Positions 46,218 to 56,847 of a stretch of 64,000 nucleotides of DNA are shown one piece after another (the first letter of the stretch is position 1; every line of letters begins with the position of its first letter). Source of the stretch: an uncultured Nitrososphaerota archaeon. Lineage in GTDB: Archaea; Korarchaeota; Korarchaeia; Korarchaeales; Korarchaeaceae. The DNA lies in contig CAZUBM010000004.1 in NCBI GenBank assembly GCA_964618805.1, positions 32,001 to 96,000 on the forward strand, given 5' to 3'. The notes under the pieces are model-generated. The model had not been told where the DNA came from. It did no database searches and was given only the letters and a program-made list of their open reading frames with translations. A program made the position numbers and the translations under genes.

Positions 46218-47903
46218 TTACCTCTCTATCCTACCCTTATATAAGAACTGCTTTTCATAGAGTTTTCTAAGGTTCTGGATTGTTTCGGCCTCCTCGGGTC
46301 CCTTATCTTCTCTAATAGAGACTATTCTAGCAAACCTGAGTGCTAAACCACTCTCATATTTAGGGCTCTTCTGGATCTCGTTAAAGGCGACTTCTACTAC
46401 TATGCTTGGCCTAACCTTCACTAGGTGCCCATCATCATAGTAAGCCAGCTCTCTAAGTCTCTGAGTCATTATCTCAAACTCTTGATCTGTAAGGCCTTTG
46501 AAAGTCTTTCCTACTACAAGAAATTCACCTGTCTCCTCGTCCCTGGCGGCCAAATAGTAGTCTGACAGCCATTTATGCCTCCTCCCATATCCTCTCTCTG
46601 CAGCAACGATTACCAGATCGAGAGTTGCTAAAACAGGCTTTATCTTGAACCAATTCTTGCCTCTGACTCCAGGAGTATAAGCGCTATCCAGTTTCTTTGC
46701 TATCAAACCCTCATGCCCTTTATCCAATGCATCTTGAAGGAAACTCTTCACCTCTTCCTCGCTTTCACAAAATCGAGCCGGAACTAGCCACTCATCATCT
46801 ACTAAATCCTCAAGCAGCTTCCTCCTCTTTGAATATGGCTCATCTATCAACATCCTACCATCTATGTGCAGGATGTCAAAGAGGAACAAGCGAAGAGGAA
46901 TTTCCTTGACAGAACGAGCTATATCGCTCTTCCTCCTTAACCTCCTTGAAACGAATTGGAACGGGAGTGGTTTCCCCTCCAGGCTGACCGCAATGGCCTC
47001 TCCGTCTGCAACAACTTCCTTATTTCCGAAAATTTCTGAGAACTGATCAACTACATCTGGCAAGCTTTCTGTGACGTCGCTAAGCCTCCTCGTAAAAGCC
47101 CTTACTTTGCCGTTCTTTGCGTGCATTTGAAGCCTAATTCCGTCCAACTTATATTCAAACGAGGCCCTTTTGAGCTCTTTCAAGACCTCTTCTATGCTAT
47201 CTGCATCTGTTGCTAGCATGGGCTTTAACGGCCTGAAAACCTCGATTCTTATGTTCTCAAGGGCCTTTACCCCTCCTTTTTTTGCTTTCAGAGCTACTAC
47301 TGAGATATCGCCGCTGAGCATCACAGCCCTTCTGACGAGCCTTGCTGGAATTTGGAAGGCCTTTGCAACTGCGTCCTCCATAAGTCCCTCGTGAAGGCCT
47401 ATTCTCATCTCTCCCGTCAAGTTCCTAGCCAAGAATTCAGCCTCATCCGTATCTGCAAGGGAAAATAAGGAGAAAAGGAGCTCTTCTTTGAGCTTTCTTG
47501 ATCTGGCTCCTCTTGACGAGGCTATCTTATCATAATAGGAGCCTACTTCCTTGATTGTAAGCTTTTGTTCGAAAAGAAAGGACTGCCTTTTAGATCCGAA
47601 CTTCTCCAATGCCTTCTTGAATCCATCACCTATGTCAACTGCTTGTACTAGGACATCATAGAGCTGTTCCCCGTCAGCTCCTGTCATCCTTTTTAGAACT
47701 GACAATAAGGCCCTCCAGTTCACATCTAATCTCCTCTCATCTCCTGGAGGGAGAGTTTTTCCTAGGAGAAACAGAACAGCATACCTTATCTCATCCTCAG
47801 GGAGGTTCTTGAGGAACGCAGAGACAAGATCGATCTTCTCATTTCTGGAACTCGTCATTGAGATCTTCTTTGCAAGCTCTACAAGCTCCTTGAAATCAGT
47901 CAT
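46218..47903 (-). CDS. lig: ATP-dependent DNA ligase
   Basis: EYKLDGIRLQ (KxDG), DGEA, FDIL, EGLIAK, WFKIK, ALRFAR..IREDK. Confidence 0.95.
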   Translation of the reverse strand: MTDFKELVELAKKISMTSSRNEKIDLVSAFLKNLPEDEIRYAVLFLLGKTLPPGDERRLDVNWRALLSVLKRMTGADGEQLYDVLVQAVDIGDGFKKALEKFGSKRQSFLFEQKLTIKEVGSYYDKIASSRGARSRKLKEELLFSLFSLADTDEAEFLARNLTGEMRIGLHEGLMEDAVAKAFQIPARLVRRAVMLSGDISVVALKAKKGGVKALENIRIEVFRPLKPMLATDADSIEEVLKELKRASFEYKLDGIRLQMHAKNGKVRAFTRRLSDVTESLPDVVDQFSEIFGNKEVVADGEAIAVSLEGKPLPFQFVSRRLRRKSDIARSVKEIPLRLFLFDILHIDGRMLIDEPYSKRRKLLEDLVDDEWLVPARFCESEEEVKSFLQDALDKGHEGLIAKKLDSAYTPGVRGKNWFKIKPVLATLDLVIVAAERGYGRRHKWLSDYYLAARDEETGEFLVVGKTFKGLTDQEFEIMTQRLRELAYYDDGHLVKVRPSIVVEVAFNEIQKSPKYESGLALRFARIVSIREDKGPEEAETIQNLRKLYEKQFLYKGRIER

Positions 47904-47961
47904 CTAGGTTAGGATTCCCTTAAGGAGTTAAAAAATAATGGTAGGACCTGGCTAGACTTCT

Positions 47962-50181
47962 TTAGCTGCCAGCGATGCTAGGTTTGAAAAAGCAGGAAAT
48001 CCATTCAGGTCTGTTTGGATGTTTTGTCTCGAGCACCTGCTTCCAAGCCTCATCAGTTAGGCGCTCAGCCATGGGCTGCTTGAACTCATAATAGGAGAGA
48101 GACGGCCCAGCTGCCATAATGAGCTCTTTTTCCGCTGTTGGGACTACGACAAGCAATAGATCAAGGGCTCCTGTGCCCTCTTCTAGGACAAGCTTGGAGT
48201 TCTGATCTGTGTGGACGTCTGCGACCAGTATGGTGCTCTTACTCCTTTTGTCTAAGCCCTCTACAATTGTTTCCAGCTCCTCGGGAAGTTGTTCAAGGAA
48301 AGCCATTTCCTCACTATCTAAAGATTTCATCTCAAGTTCTTTCTTTGAAACCTCTGCTAACATATCTAGGACGTTTTTTAGCTTAAGTAATCTATTTTCT
48401 TGGGTTTGATTTAGGAATCCCAGTTCCTTTAGGCCCTTTATTGTCATTTCTACAAGACCAGATAGCCTACTGTAAACTTCTGGAACGGGCTCAACGTATA
48501 CGAACACCTTTTGAGGAGGCACAGGGATAGAGGTCAATAGGGGAGTGTAGCTCTGCTTGGCATAGAGTATGGTGTCATGCCTAAGTTCTGCCCAAGAAGC
48601 AAGGGCAGCTTGCAGCTGTCTCCTTTCCCATGCCTGAGTCCTCATATAGGATGGATACCCCTCACCTCTTGGCTCGACTAAGGCTTTCAAAGTGTAAAGC
48701 CATGCCCAGTAGAGGTTTTTACCCCATTCGCTTTCGTTAAGACCCGAAAACTCTTCTTTCAGCTCCTCTAGGTTTTCCATATATCTCTCGTAATCCGTGT
48801 CTCCTTCCTCTTGGAGGACCCTTAGAGCCTCTTCCGAACCGAGTACAGCCATGAAATCCAACCCCCTTGGGAACACTCTTGTGGGCCCAAGAGGTGTGTA
48901 GCCAAGGGTAAATGGACTCCCTCTTCCAGTAAAAGATCCAACAGAAGGAGCAACCAGTCTTTGGAATACGTAGGAATCTGGGACAAAGCGCTGACCCATA
49001 AACCTCATTCCCATGCTCTCTTTGAGGCACTCCTCAAGTTCCTCAGGCGATAATTCCACAGCATAGCAGCTCCCTGTTCCAGAATAGATCAACGGAGCTC
49101 TCATTTCAAGGAGCTTTCTCCTAAGCTCATCCAACATTTCCATTTCTGAAAGGTTTTCTGGCACAAATCCAGAGCCAAAAACCTCCTTAATTGCTTGAAG
49201 ATATTCATAGGGCGTTAAGTCATCAGCAAACCCAACGAAGAACGAGGTTACAGCATAGATTTCACTCCAAATATCTGATAGACTCTTGTTTTCTTCCTTA
49301 ACAACCTGCATTGCAGTAACGATCAGAGATGCTTGGATTGTCAACCTTCTCGCTTCTTCCTCTGGAATTATCCTGCCTCCCTTGATCAAGAAAGCCATTC
49401 TGCCGTACCACATCATGGCCTTGAAATACCTCTTTAGAGTCTCTGACTTGGTGTAGTGTCCCCTAGGAACGTATTGGCTGTAGTCTTCCTCGTAACCGAA
49501 TATTGGGCTCTTGAAATAGCCTTGGTGTCCTTCTATGAGCCTAATCTCATCAGAAACTTCCTCAGAAACATAAGATGGTGGTCTGTAAGATTCATCAAGT
49601 AGCTTCATAGCTACAGAAAAGTATGCGACGTTCCTTCTGGCCGCTTCCTTCAGAGAACCCTTGAGAAAGCCATATTGTTCCTTACTCTCCCTCAACAAGG
49701 CGCCTGTTAGCTCGATAAGCATTGGAAATAGGTTGTTTTCCTCAATATCGCTGAGCAAATAATCAAACTGAACGTGGTACAGATGAAGCATAGAATCGCT
49801 AGTAACATATATTGGTATTCCATACTCCCTTAGAAGCTTGTACGCAGACACAACGTCATCTCCATACCAATTCGTGACTAGAAATCCGTTTTTCAACAGC
49901 TTTTCTCTTGCAACTGGGTCTAGAGGAAATATCTCTATAACCTGATCAAAGTTAGAGACATCTTCTGGATCTAGTGGTAAAGCATATTCTGGGACACTAG
50001 GTTGAACTTCGATGCTTTCCATTGAGAAGAACTTCTTAATAAGATCCTTAGGATTCTTCATCATAAGAGGAACTGGTTCATTAGGCAAAGGTTCCTCAGG
50101 AGAGGGTTTTCTTAAGAACAATATCGCTGGTATCACTAACAACAGCAGCAATATTACTCCAACGATTGAACGATAGGACAT
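47962..50181 (-). CDS. DUF3160-family membrane-anchored protein
   Basis: EDYSQYVPRGHYT..YFKAMMWYGR, FMGQRFVPDS, SWAELRHDTILYAKQSY, VADVHT, RLTDEAW. Confidence 0.85.
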   Translation of the reverse strand: MSYRSIVGVILLLLLVIPAILFLRKPSPEEPLPNEPVPLMMKNPKDLIKKFFSMESIEVQPSVPEYALPLDPEDVSNFDQVIEIFPLDPVAREKLLKNGFLVTNWYGDDVVSAYKLLREYGIPIYVTSDSMLHLYHVQFDYLLSDIEENNLFPMLIELTGALLRESKEQYGFLKGSLKEAARRNVAYFSVAMKLLDESYRPPSYVSEEVSDEIRLIEGHQGYFKSPIFGYEEDYSQYVPRGHYTKSETLKRYFKAMMWYGRMAFLIKGGRIIPEEEARRLTIQASLIVTAMQVVKEENKSLSDIWSEIYAVTSFFVGFADDLTPYEYLQAIKEVFGSGFVPENLSEMEMLDELRRKLLEMRAPLIYSGTGSCYAVELSPEELEECLKESMGMRFMGQRFVPDSYVFQRLVAPSVGSFTGRGSPFTLGYTPLGPTRVFPRGLDFMAVLGSEEALRVLQEEGDTDYERYMENLEELKEEFSGLNESEWGKNLYWAWLYTLKALVEPRGEGYPSYMRTQAWERRQLQAALASWAELRHDTILYAKQSYTPLLTSIPVPPQKVFVYVEPVPEVYSRLSGLVEMTIKGLKELGFLNQTQENRLLKLKNVLDMLAEVSKKELEMKSLDSEEMAFLEQLPEELETIVEGLDKRSKSTILVADVHTDQNSKLVLEEGTGALDLLLVVVPTAEKELIMAAGPSLSYYEFKQPMAERLTDEAWKQVLETKHPNRPEWISCFFKPSIAGS

Positions 50182-50230
50182 TTATCTCAAAGATCAACCA
50201 AGGATGGGTCATATAAACTGCTTGGCAGTT

Positions 50231-50248
50231 GTTCAATGAACATTGAAC
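50231..50248. promoter_or_regulatory. Perfect 8-2-8 inverted repeat, candidate operator in a divergent promoter
   Basis: GTTCAATG-AA-CATTGAAC next to TATA-like AAATATAT. Confidence 0.45.
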
Positions 50249-50315
50249 TAAATATATGATGCAACTTCTGTGGCGAATACTCATGTTTTTTTGCGATAAT
50301 CCCAGGTCATATTGA

Positions 50316-50960
50316 ATGACCTTTGATGTTTTCTCCGCACTTATCTTGACTATATGTCTACTATTTTTCTTTACGCTAAACTTGCTTAACCTCTTGCTAC
50401 ATAGTAGGTCTAGGGCTGCTTGTAAGTATCTTAAAGACCGAAAACACAAACTACCAAAGCATTTGATTATGGTTCTCGCGGCATTCGGAACCATGGTTTA
50501 TTGGTTGGAGGTGCTTCTATACCCCTTCCTAGTTTTTACGGGCCTATTTTCCATGACAAAAGTTAATCCTTTACAGATAGATCTGCCTTACAATCAGTTT
50601 CTAAGATGGCTAGGGTTGGACCTACTTGTGTTTGGATTTTTCCTATTTAGCTGGAGTGTTTTGACCCGTGGAAAACACGCGGTTTCTTGGGAAATGCCAG
50701 AAAATCATGTGCTTGTGACCTGGGGTCCCTATGGACTTGTAAGGAACCCCTCTTATCTCAGTTATTTCATGATGTTCTTTGGCATCTTCTTCCTCTGGCT
50801 GAACTTCTTAGCAGCCATTCCTCTGATCGCTATCCCTGGCTATATTAGCATAGTAGAGGATGAAGAAAGGATGCTTGTTGAGAGATTTAGAGATGATTAC
50901 CTTAGATACCAAGAAAGCGTTGGTAAGTTTATTCCAAAGCTTAGGAAGAAGAAAAATTAG
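50316..50960 (+). CDS. Isoprenylcysteine carboxyl methyltransferase/PEMT-family membrane protein
   Basis: HVLVTWGPYGLVRNPSY, EERMLVERF..Y..YQ..VGKFIP. Confidence 0.85.
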   Translation: MTFDVFSALILTICLLFFFTLNLLNLLLHSRSRAACKYLKDRKHKLPKHLIMVLAAFGTMVYWLEVLLYPFLVFTGLFSMTKVNPLQIDLPYNQFLRWLGLDLLVFGFFLFSWSVLTRGKHAVSWEMPENHVLVTWGPYGLVRNPSYLSYFMMFFGIFFLWLNFLAAIPLIAIPGYISIVEDEERMLVERFRDDYLRYQESVGKFIPKLRKKKN

Positions 50961-51035
50961 TCTGAAAATCGTTTTACCTGTACAAGCATGTCCAACACAT
51001 TCCAGTTCCAAACGTTAAAATAAATAGAAGACTTA

Positions 51036-51743
51036 TTGCTCTTGGTGCGTGAAATGGGATTTAAAGTAGCATTAGATGAGTTTTATGGGCTTACTCCTTC
51101 CGAAAAAGAGATGTCTTTGCTATTTTTGGGCTATTCAGGGGTTCTTGTTGGAATAGGTGGAAAATACGTGCTTTTTGATCCCGCTGACATGCTTAAAGGA
51201 GCTGAGGAATCGCTCAAAGAGCTGTATGCCGTGTTCTATACTCACGGTCATTATGACCACTTCCATTTGGACTCAGCTAAGAGGATATTTGAGGTGACGA
51301 ATGCGTTCTTCATAGCAGAAGAATCTGTGTACGACGAGATAAGGGGATTTGTACCTGACAATAAGAGGTTCCTAGCTAGAGTAGGAGAATTTCGCGTGGG
51401 AGAGCTAAACGTAAGTGTGGTTGAGGGGCTGCATGTCGGCAAGATAATGCTTTTCAGGATTTCATCCGATACGTGGTCCCTTTTCCATGGAGGGGACTCA
51501 AACTACGTACCTCTTCCCTTTGGAGCAGACATAGCGATTCTTCCAACAGGAAGACCTTCTCCGACTGCGTCTCCTGAAGCAGCATTGAAGATGGCGCTAG
51601 ATCTTAAGCCAAAAGTCGTGATAGCTGTTCACGGCTCTGATGCCCAACACAAAGCCTTGCAAAAACTGCTGTCAGAGAGGCTGCCTGAAGTAAAGTTCTT
51701 AGCCCCACAACAAATGGTTCCTACAAAGCTTAGCTTCAAATAG
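51036..51743 (+). CDS. MBL-fold metallohydrolase
   Basis: FDP, THGHYDHF, FHGGD, AVH. Confidence 0.82.
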   Translation: MLLVREMGFKVALDEFYGLTPSEKEMSLLFLGYSGVLVGIGGKYVLFDPADMLKGAEESLKELYAVFYTHGHYDHFHLDSAKRIFEVTNAFFIAEESVYDEIRGFVPDNKRFLARVGEFRVGELNVSVVEGLHVGKIMLFRISSDTWSLFHGGDSNYVPLPFGADIAILPTGRPSPTASPEAALKMALDLKPKVVIAVHGSDAQHKALQKLLSERLPEVKFLAPQQMVPTKLSFK

Positions 51744-52788
51744 GGGGCTCTGACCATTTACAAAACTCCCTAAGCAGAACCGTAGCATAACACCCCTTTT
51801 CGAGCCAAAAAGAGAGCACAACCTCATTTTTATTGATATCAACCATTAGAGATTTGTAAGTCACTGGAACCTTCCTTAAACTTCCCTTATCTCTTAGCTT
51901 CCTCACCTCAAGTTTGAAGTCTTTAGGTCTCACTTTCTCCCCCTCCAAAACAGATTTAACGATGTCTCCTGCCTCCCCTTTTGGTAGCTTGGATTTGTAT
52001 CCAATTATTGGAAATGCTGGCTTTCCCCCTTTGATGAAATCCCCTTCAATAGGCTTGTTTAAGGGATGTCCTCTCCTCATCCTCTCAGAAACCATAAGGT
52101 TAAACAGGTAGGACTGGTAGGAATTTATGAAAAACCTCAAAAGCCTGAGATCTAATCTCAACACATCTTTTATCCCAGATATCCTCCTCTTTAATCCAAT
52201 CCTGCTTGCTAGCTGGTCATAATCTCCCTCAAGGATCAGTCTCCCCAGTTCGTGGTTCCTAGTTTGCCCTCCAAACCGTTGATATCCGTAGTAATTAGGA
52301 CAACCCCTATCTTCTAACTGGAAAATCGTTTTATTCAGTGCCTCTAGATTCTTCACTCCTTTAACCTTGATTTTGAAGAAATTTCCCTTGAGATATCCCA
52401 CTCTGACCTTTCTTCTTGCTCTGAAAAGTCCTAAAACCTTCAGGCAACCTTCTACCTCTAGATCTTTTGGATCTATTTCTTTGTAAGGGATTGAGATTTT
52501 CTGTATTGCAACCGCCCTCTTGTCCTTTAATCCTGCCACTCCAATGGCTTTTCTTCCGATATTCAGTTTGTTAGCTATTATATCGACGACTTCTCTTGTA
52601 GAAAGATCCTTCTTCCATATCACCAAGACTAAATGGTTTCCAGTCTCATCCGCTTCTATTAGAGAATTCTCCACCACGATAAAGTCCTCAGGCCTCTCTT
52701 TTATCCTGCCATCTAGCCCCGGTGTATCTGTAGCATAAAAAAACAGACCGAGCTCCTTGTCGATCTGTGACGATGTCTCTAAGTACAC
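51736..52788 (-). CDS. truD: tRNA pseudouridine(13) synthase TruD
   Basis: IKERPEDFIVVE, AGLKDKRA, GNFFKI, PNYYGYQRFG, QSYLFN, GCYATVLLRE. Confidence 0.93.
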   Translation of the reverse strand: MYLETSSQIDKELGLFFYATDTPGLDGRIKERPEDFIVVENSLIEADETGNHLVLVIWKKDLSTREVVDIIANKLNIGRKAIGVAGLKDKRAVAIQKISIPYKEIDPKDLEVEGCLKVLGLFRARRKVRVGYLKGNFFKIKVKGVKNLEALNKTIFQLEDRGCPNYYGYQRFGGQTRNHELGRLILEGDYDQLASRIGLKRRISGIKDVLRLDLRLLRFFINSYQSYLFNLMVSERMRRGHPLNKPIEGDFIKGGKPAFPIIGYKSKLPKGEAGDIVKSVLEGEKVRPKDFKLEVRKLRDKGSLRKVPVTYKSLMVDINKNEVVLSFWLEKGCYATVLLREFCKWSEPPI

Positions 52789-52873
52789 TTCCCTCTTATG
52801 AAAAAGAACCCTTTAGTTAAAATCTACCTTCACCATCTGGATTCATAACCAATTCATCGATAGGGTGGTCTAA

Positions 52874-53806
52874 GTGAGGATAGACATGGAAATAGCAAAG
52901 CGACTAGCTGAAAAGGTTTCCAATATTGAACCAACGCTAGACGTATTTGATGAAAGGTTTTTCCCAGATAGGAATGAGGAAAAAGAGGTTGTTACATCAT
53001 ACTTCTTGTTCATGACAGCCATAGACCATAGAACAAGAGTAGGAGGCACATATCAGAAGGAGATAGATGGAGAGCGGTTTTTCGGTTCAGATCTCTTGTT
53101 TAGACTTGCAAAACTGAAGTTAGATGCGGATCCCGATTTTTATACAGCTAGAAATATGACAAACCTCTCTATGAGAGATTTTAAGGATGTATTCATGCCA
53201 GAAGGAGTCATCTTGAGGGATCCTGAAGTTAGAGTGGCCTTGCTGAGGGATTTAGGTTCAAAGCTATTAACTCTCTACGAGGGGAAAGCTTTGAATCTTC
53301 TGGATAGGGCTAACGAAAGGATAAAAGGAGGACCAGAGGATCCAGGTCTTTTGGAGATTCTAAAGACATTTATCGCCTATTCAGATCCCGTTGAGAAGAA
53401 ATCATTCCTCTTAATGAAATTCCTGAAGAGAAGGGGGCTTTTCAACCCAAAAGATTTGGAAAACGAGCAAGTCCCAGTGGACAATCACCTGTTAAGGATT
53501 GCCATAAGGACAGGCCTATTGAGGCTTGACAAATCTTGGTTTCCCTTGCTAAGAAACGAAAGAAACTCTACTTTAGAAGAAGACACCGCTCTGAGGATGA
53601 TGACTAGAGTTGCGTTCAAGATAGTAGCAGAAGAAGCACATATCTCTCCTTTCTTACTAGATGACTTTCTCTGGTCTCATGGCAGGCTAGTTTGCACTAG
53701 CGAAAGGCCCATGTGCGAGAAGTGCAGTATAAAAACTGCTTGCCTTGGAGAAGGAAGCTGGTTTGGCTGGGCAAAGGAGCCCTTTAACGATAATTGGTAT
53801 TATTAG
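52874..53806 (+). CDS. HhH-GPD superfamily glycosylase-like protein with C-terminal [4Fe-4S] motif
   Basis: PVDNHLLRIA, LDDFLW.HGR, C-x6-C-x2-C-x5-C (CTSERPMCEKCSIKTAC); no canonical LPGVG.K HhH motif. Confidence 0.65.
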   Translation: MRIDMEIAKRLAEKVSNIEPTLDVFDERFFPDRNEEKEVVTSYFLFMTAIDHRTRVGGTYQKEIDGERFFGSDLLFRLAKLKLDADPDFYTARNMTNLSMRDFKDVFMPEGVILRDPEVRVALLRDLGSKLLTLYEGKALNLLDRANERIKGGPEDPGLLEILKTFIAYSDPVEKKSFLLMKFLKRRGLFNPKDLENEQVPVDNHLLRIAIRTGLLRLDKSWFPLLRNERNSTLEEDTALRMMTRVAFKIVAEEAHISPFLLDDFLWSHGRLVCTSERPMCEKCSIKTACLGEGSWFGWAKEPFNDNWYY

Positions 53807-53855
53807 CCCATACCTTCTACTTTGGACTTTTCTGGTTTCACAGCTCTCTGATTAG

Positions 53856-56756
53856 TTAAACGAATACGAGTGCTGGCTTCCCTGGTAATGCTCTTGACGC
53901 CCTTTTCTCCTCTGAACGTTCAGCTTCTTCAATTATCACCTTTTTAACTCCTGTCTTCTCAGCTATCATTGCTTTTAGGGCCTTGAACATCTGCTTTTCC
54001 ATTTCCCTTCTTGCGTTCTTCCATACTCCTTGTTCCTTAACGAACTCCATGACGAGATTCTGGGCTTCCTTTCCCCTCTCCTTAAGGAAGTCCCTCACAA
54101 AAGACATGGCTTTTTTAACTTCTATGGGTGGCTTAAGCTGTTTCAAAACCTCTATTTCTTGATATTTCCAATCCGGAGCTACTATTATCTTTAGTGTTTC
54201 AGGCTTCCCTTTCAATACCTTTAGTACGCTGTTTGCATCCTCTATTGTGCTCTCAACCACATGATATGCAGTTTCAATCTCTAAGTCTATGGCTTCTTCA
54301 TCTACCTCTGGCCAAGGAGCTAGAGAGATGAAATCTTCATGACCCAATTTATGCCAGATCTCTTCAGCCAAGTGGGGTATCACTGGGGCCAAGATCCTGA
54401 TCCATTTGTCGAGGAGATCTCTCAACAACTTGAAGTTGCGTCCACCATATCTAATGTAGGTCTCCATGTCCCTGAGAGCTATGAAGAAGCCTCTTATCGA
54501 TGCGTCTCTTGGTTTAAAGGAGGAAAACATCTTATCTACTTCTTTTATCGCGCTATTCATTCGAGAAACTATCCATTTCTCAAGAAGCTCATTTTCAGCG
54601 CGACTTCCAGACTCAGAGTTCGAGATTATCTGCTCAGCAAGCTCGTAGAACCTTCTTAAGCTATTTCCTACAGTTCTTACTCCTGCTTCTCTCCAGTCAA
54701 GCACTGTGCTCAGATCAGCGGCACTAACAACATAGAGCCTGAACCAGTCGGCGGAATACCTTTTGGGGACGTCCACGAGAGGGATGACGTTCCCCTTGCT
54801 CTTGGACATCTTAGCACCTTCTCTAATGACTGGCTCGTTTAAGGTGAACCTCCTTGGCCAATGTTTCTCTTCAAAAATGGCAGCATGGTGGAATATGCTG
54901 AATGTAAGGTGGTTCGTTATGTGCGCTATCATGGTGTGCCTTTGATCAACAGGATACCAGTAAAGGAACTCCTCTCGCATTCTTCGCAATTCTTCTACGC
55001 TTATACCCATTTCTTTGCTTATCTTCTCAGGATCTCCTTTGCCAAGGAAAACGTAGTCCCAGAATTCTGGCTTCAGATCTTCTTTTGAGAGCTTTAACCT
55101 CCTTATGTGATGTATAACTGTGTAGAAAGCCATGTATATGGTGGAATCGCTGAGCGATTCTATTATCCACTCAGGATCGAATGGAAGCCTTGTCCCTATT
55201 CCTCTCTTCCTGGCGCACGGTCTCTTATCCAGCCACTCAATTGTGTCCTCGAAGAGCCTACGATATACCTCGGGAATAATCTCCATGTTATTCAGCGCTC
55301 TCCTGGCCTTTTCCTTCCAACCAGGAGCGTTGAAATCTAAGAACCACTGATCCGGTAGAACTGCTACTATTACATTTGCTCCACATCTACAACGGACTGG
55401 AAGGGCTTTTGCCGTTACCTCATATACCGGAACAGCATCCCCTTTCTCTCTTAACCAAGAAACAACTCTATCCTTAACTTCTGCTATCTTAGTACCAGCA
55501 AAAGGCCCCGCAACGAGGACCCCTCCGTAGAACTCAGCCTTGTAGATCTCTTTTGTAGCTTCATCAAGCCCATGAAAATCGTCCTGGCTCTTGATACCTC
55601 TCCTCTCAACTGCCTCCTTTGCTGGAAATTCACCATAACCGGGGACATCTATTATGTGTATGGGCTCTATCGGGTCAACAAGCTCTTTTGTTACGCCAAA
55701 TTTCTCTGGATCCCTCTTCACATCAACAAGCGCTATATAGTCGAAGGGAGCATGAGCTGGAACGCTGTAAACGATGCCTGTTGCATTATTTACATCCACG
55801 AATGAAGCTGGGAGGACGGGCACCTCTGCCCCATTTGGAGCTCTAACTCTTAAGCCTACAAGTTCCCTTCCTTTAAACTTCCTGAGAAGCTTGAAATCCC
55901 ATCCTTGAAGCTTAAGCTTGTCCATTGCTTTCTCAGAAACAACCCATCTCTCTTGCTTGAGATCAAGCTCCACATAGTTCTCTTCAGGATGAACCCAAAC
56001 GTTAGTGACCCCAAAAATAGTCTCTGGTCTAAGCGTAGATGCAAGAAGCACCCTGCCATCACTCGTCCTAAACTTAACCCCGACAAATTCCTGAACCTCT
56101 GCAGCTATCTCGTCTCCTCCCATGATGTCGTCTTCTCCAACTGCTTGACCTTCTTCTGGACAGAAGAGTAGTGGATAGGTGCCTTGGGTGATGTATCCCT
56201 TTTCCCTCAGCTTGAGAAATTGCCAAGATACGAACGCGTTATATTCAGGATCTCCTGTTGTGAACTTACGCCTCCAGTCTATGGAGCAGCCAAGCGCATC
56301 GAAATCCCTGCTTATAACACCAGAAAAGAATTTTGCTACGGCCATAGGTTCAACGAATTTGGAGACAACTTCTTCTACTTCCTTAGGATCCTTTATGTAA
56401 AGGGAAACATAGGATTTGTAGAGTTGCAAGGTTTTAGGATCTTTTTTCCTGATCCTCGCTGATATAGCCTCTATTGGCGTGCCAGTTATGTGAAATGCCA
56501 TAGGAAATAGCACATTGTACCCTTTCATCCTGAAATACCTTGCAAAGACGTCCCCTATAGCATACGTCCTACCATGTCCTATGTGAAGCGGTCCAGAAGT
56601 GTATGGATAGGGTATTGTGAAAAGAAAACCTGGCTTATCGGGGCGGGGATCAGCCTCGAAAACTCTCTTCTCCTTCCACTCTTTCTGCCATTTCTTCTCT
56701 ATCTCTCTAATCTTCTCTGTGAATTCCTCAAATCCCCGCTTAGCGAAGCAGATCAC
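53856..56756 (-). CDS. leuS: Leucine--tRNA ligase (archaeal type)
   Basis: PYPYTSGPLHIGH, STLRPETIFG, SVPAHAPFD, IESLSDSTIY, KMSKSKGN. Confidence 0.95.
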   Translation of the reverse strand: MICFAKRGFEEFTEKIREIEKKWQKEWKEKRVFEADPRPDKPGFLFTIPYPYTSGPLHIGHGRTYAIGDVFARYFRMKGYNVLFPMAFHITGTPIEAISARIRKKDPKTLQLYKSYVSLYIKDPKEVEEVVSKFVEPMAVAKFFSGVISRDFDALGCSIDWRRKFTTGDPEYNAFVSWQFLKLREKGYITQGTYPLLFCPEEGQAVGEDDIMGGDEIAAEVQEFVGVKFRTSDGRVLLASTLRPETIFGVTNVWVHPEENYVELDLKQERWVVSEKAMDKLKLQGWDFKLLRKFKGRELVGLRVRAPNGAEVPVLPASFVDVNNATGIVYSVPAHAPFDYIALVDVKRDPEKFGVTKELVDPIEPIHIIDVPGYGEFPAKEAVERRGIKSQDDFHGLDEATKEIYKAEFYGGVLVAGPFAGTKIAEVKDRVVSWLREKGDAVPVYEVTAKALPVRCRCGANVIVAVLPDQWFLDFNAPGWKEKARRALNNMEIIPEVYRRLFEDTIEWLDKRPCARKRGIGTRLPFDPEWIIESLSDSTIYMAFYTVIHHIRRLKLSKEDLKPEFWDYVFLGKGDPEKISKEMGISVEELRRMREEFLYWYPVDQRHTMIAHITNHLTFSIFHHAAIFEEKHWPRRFTLNEPVIREGAKMSKSKGNVIPLVDVPKRYSADWFRLYVVSAADLSTVLDWREAGVRTVGNSLRRFYELAEQIISNSESGSRAENELLEKWIVSRMNSAIKEVDKMFSSFKPRDASIRGFFIALRDMETYIRYGGRNFKLLRDLLDKWIRILAPVIPHLAEEIWHKLGHEDFISLAPWPEVDEEAIDLEIETAYHVVESTIEDANSVLKVLKGKPETLKIIVAPDWKYQEIEVLKQLKPPIEVKKAMSFVRDFLKERGKEAQNLVMEFVKEQGVWKNARREMEKQMFKALKAMIAEKTGVKKVIIEEAERSEEKRASRALPGKPALVFV

Positions 56757-56847
56757 CTAATCCACAGACGGCGAAATGATAATTAAAAGTTTATCTTTTG
56801 ACTAAGCCTGTTCTCCTGCCTCGAAAAGTCTGTGAGATCTTTTTTCT

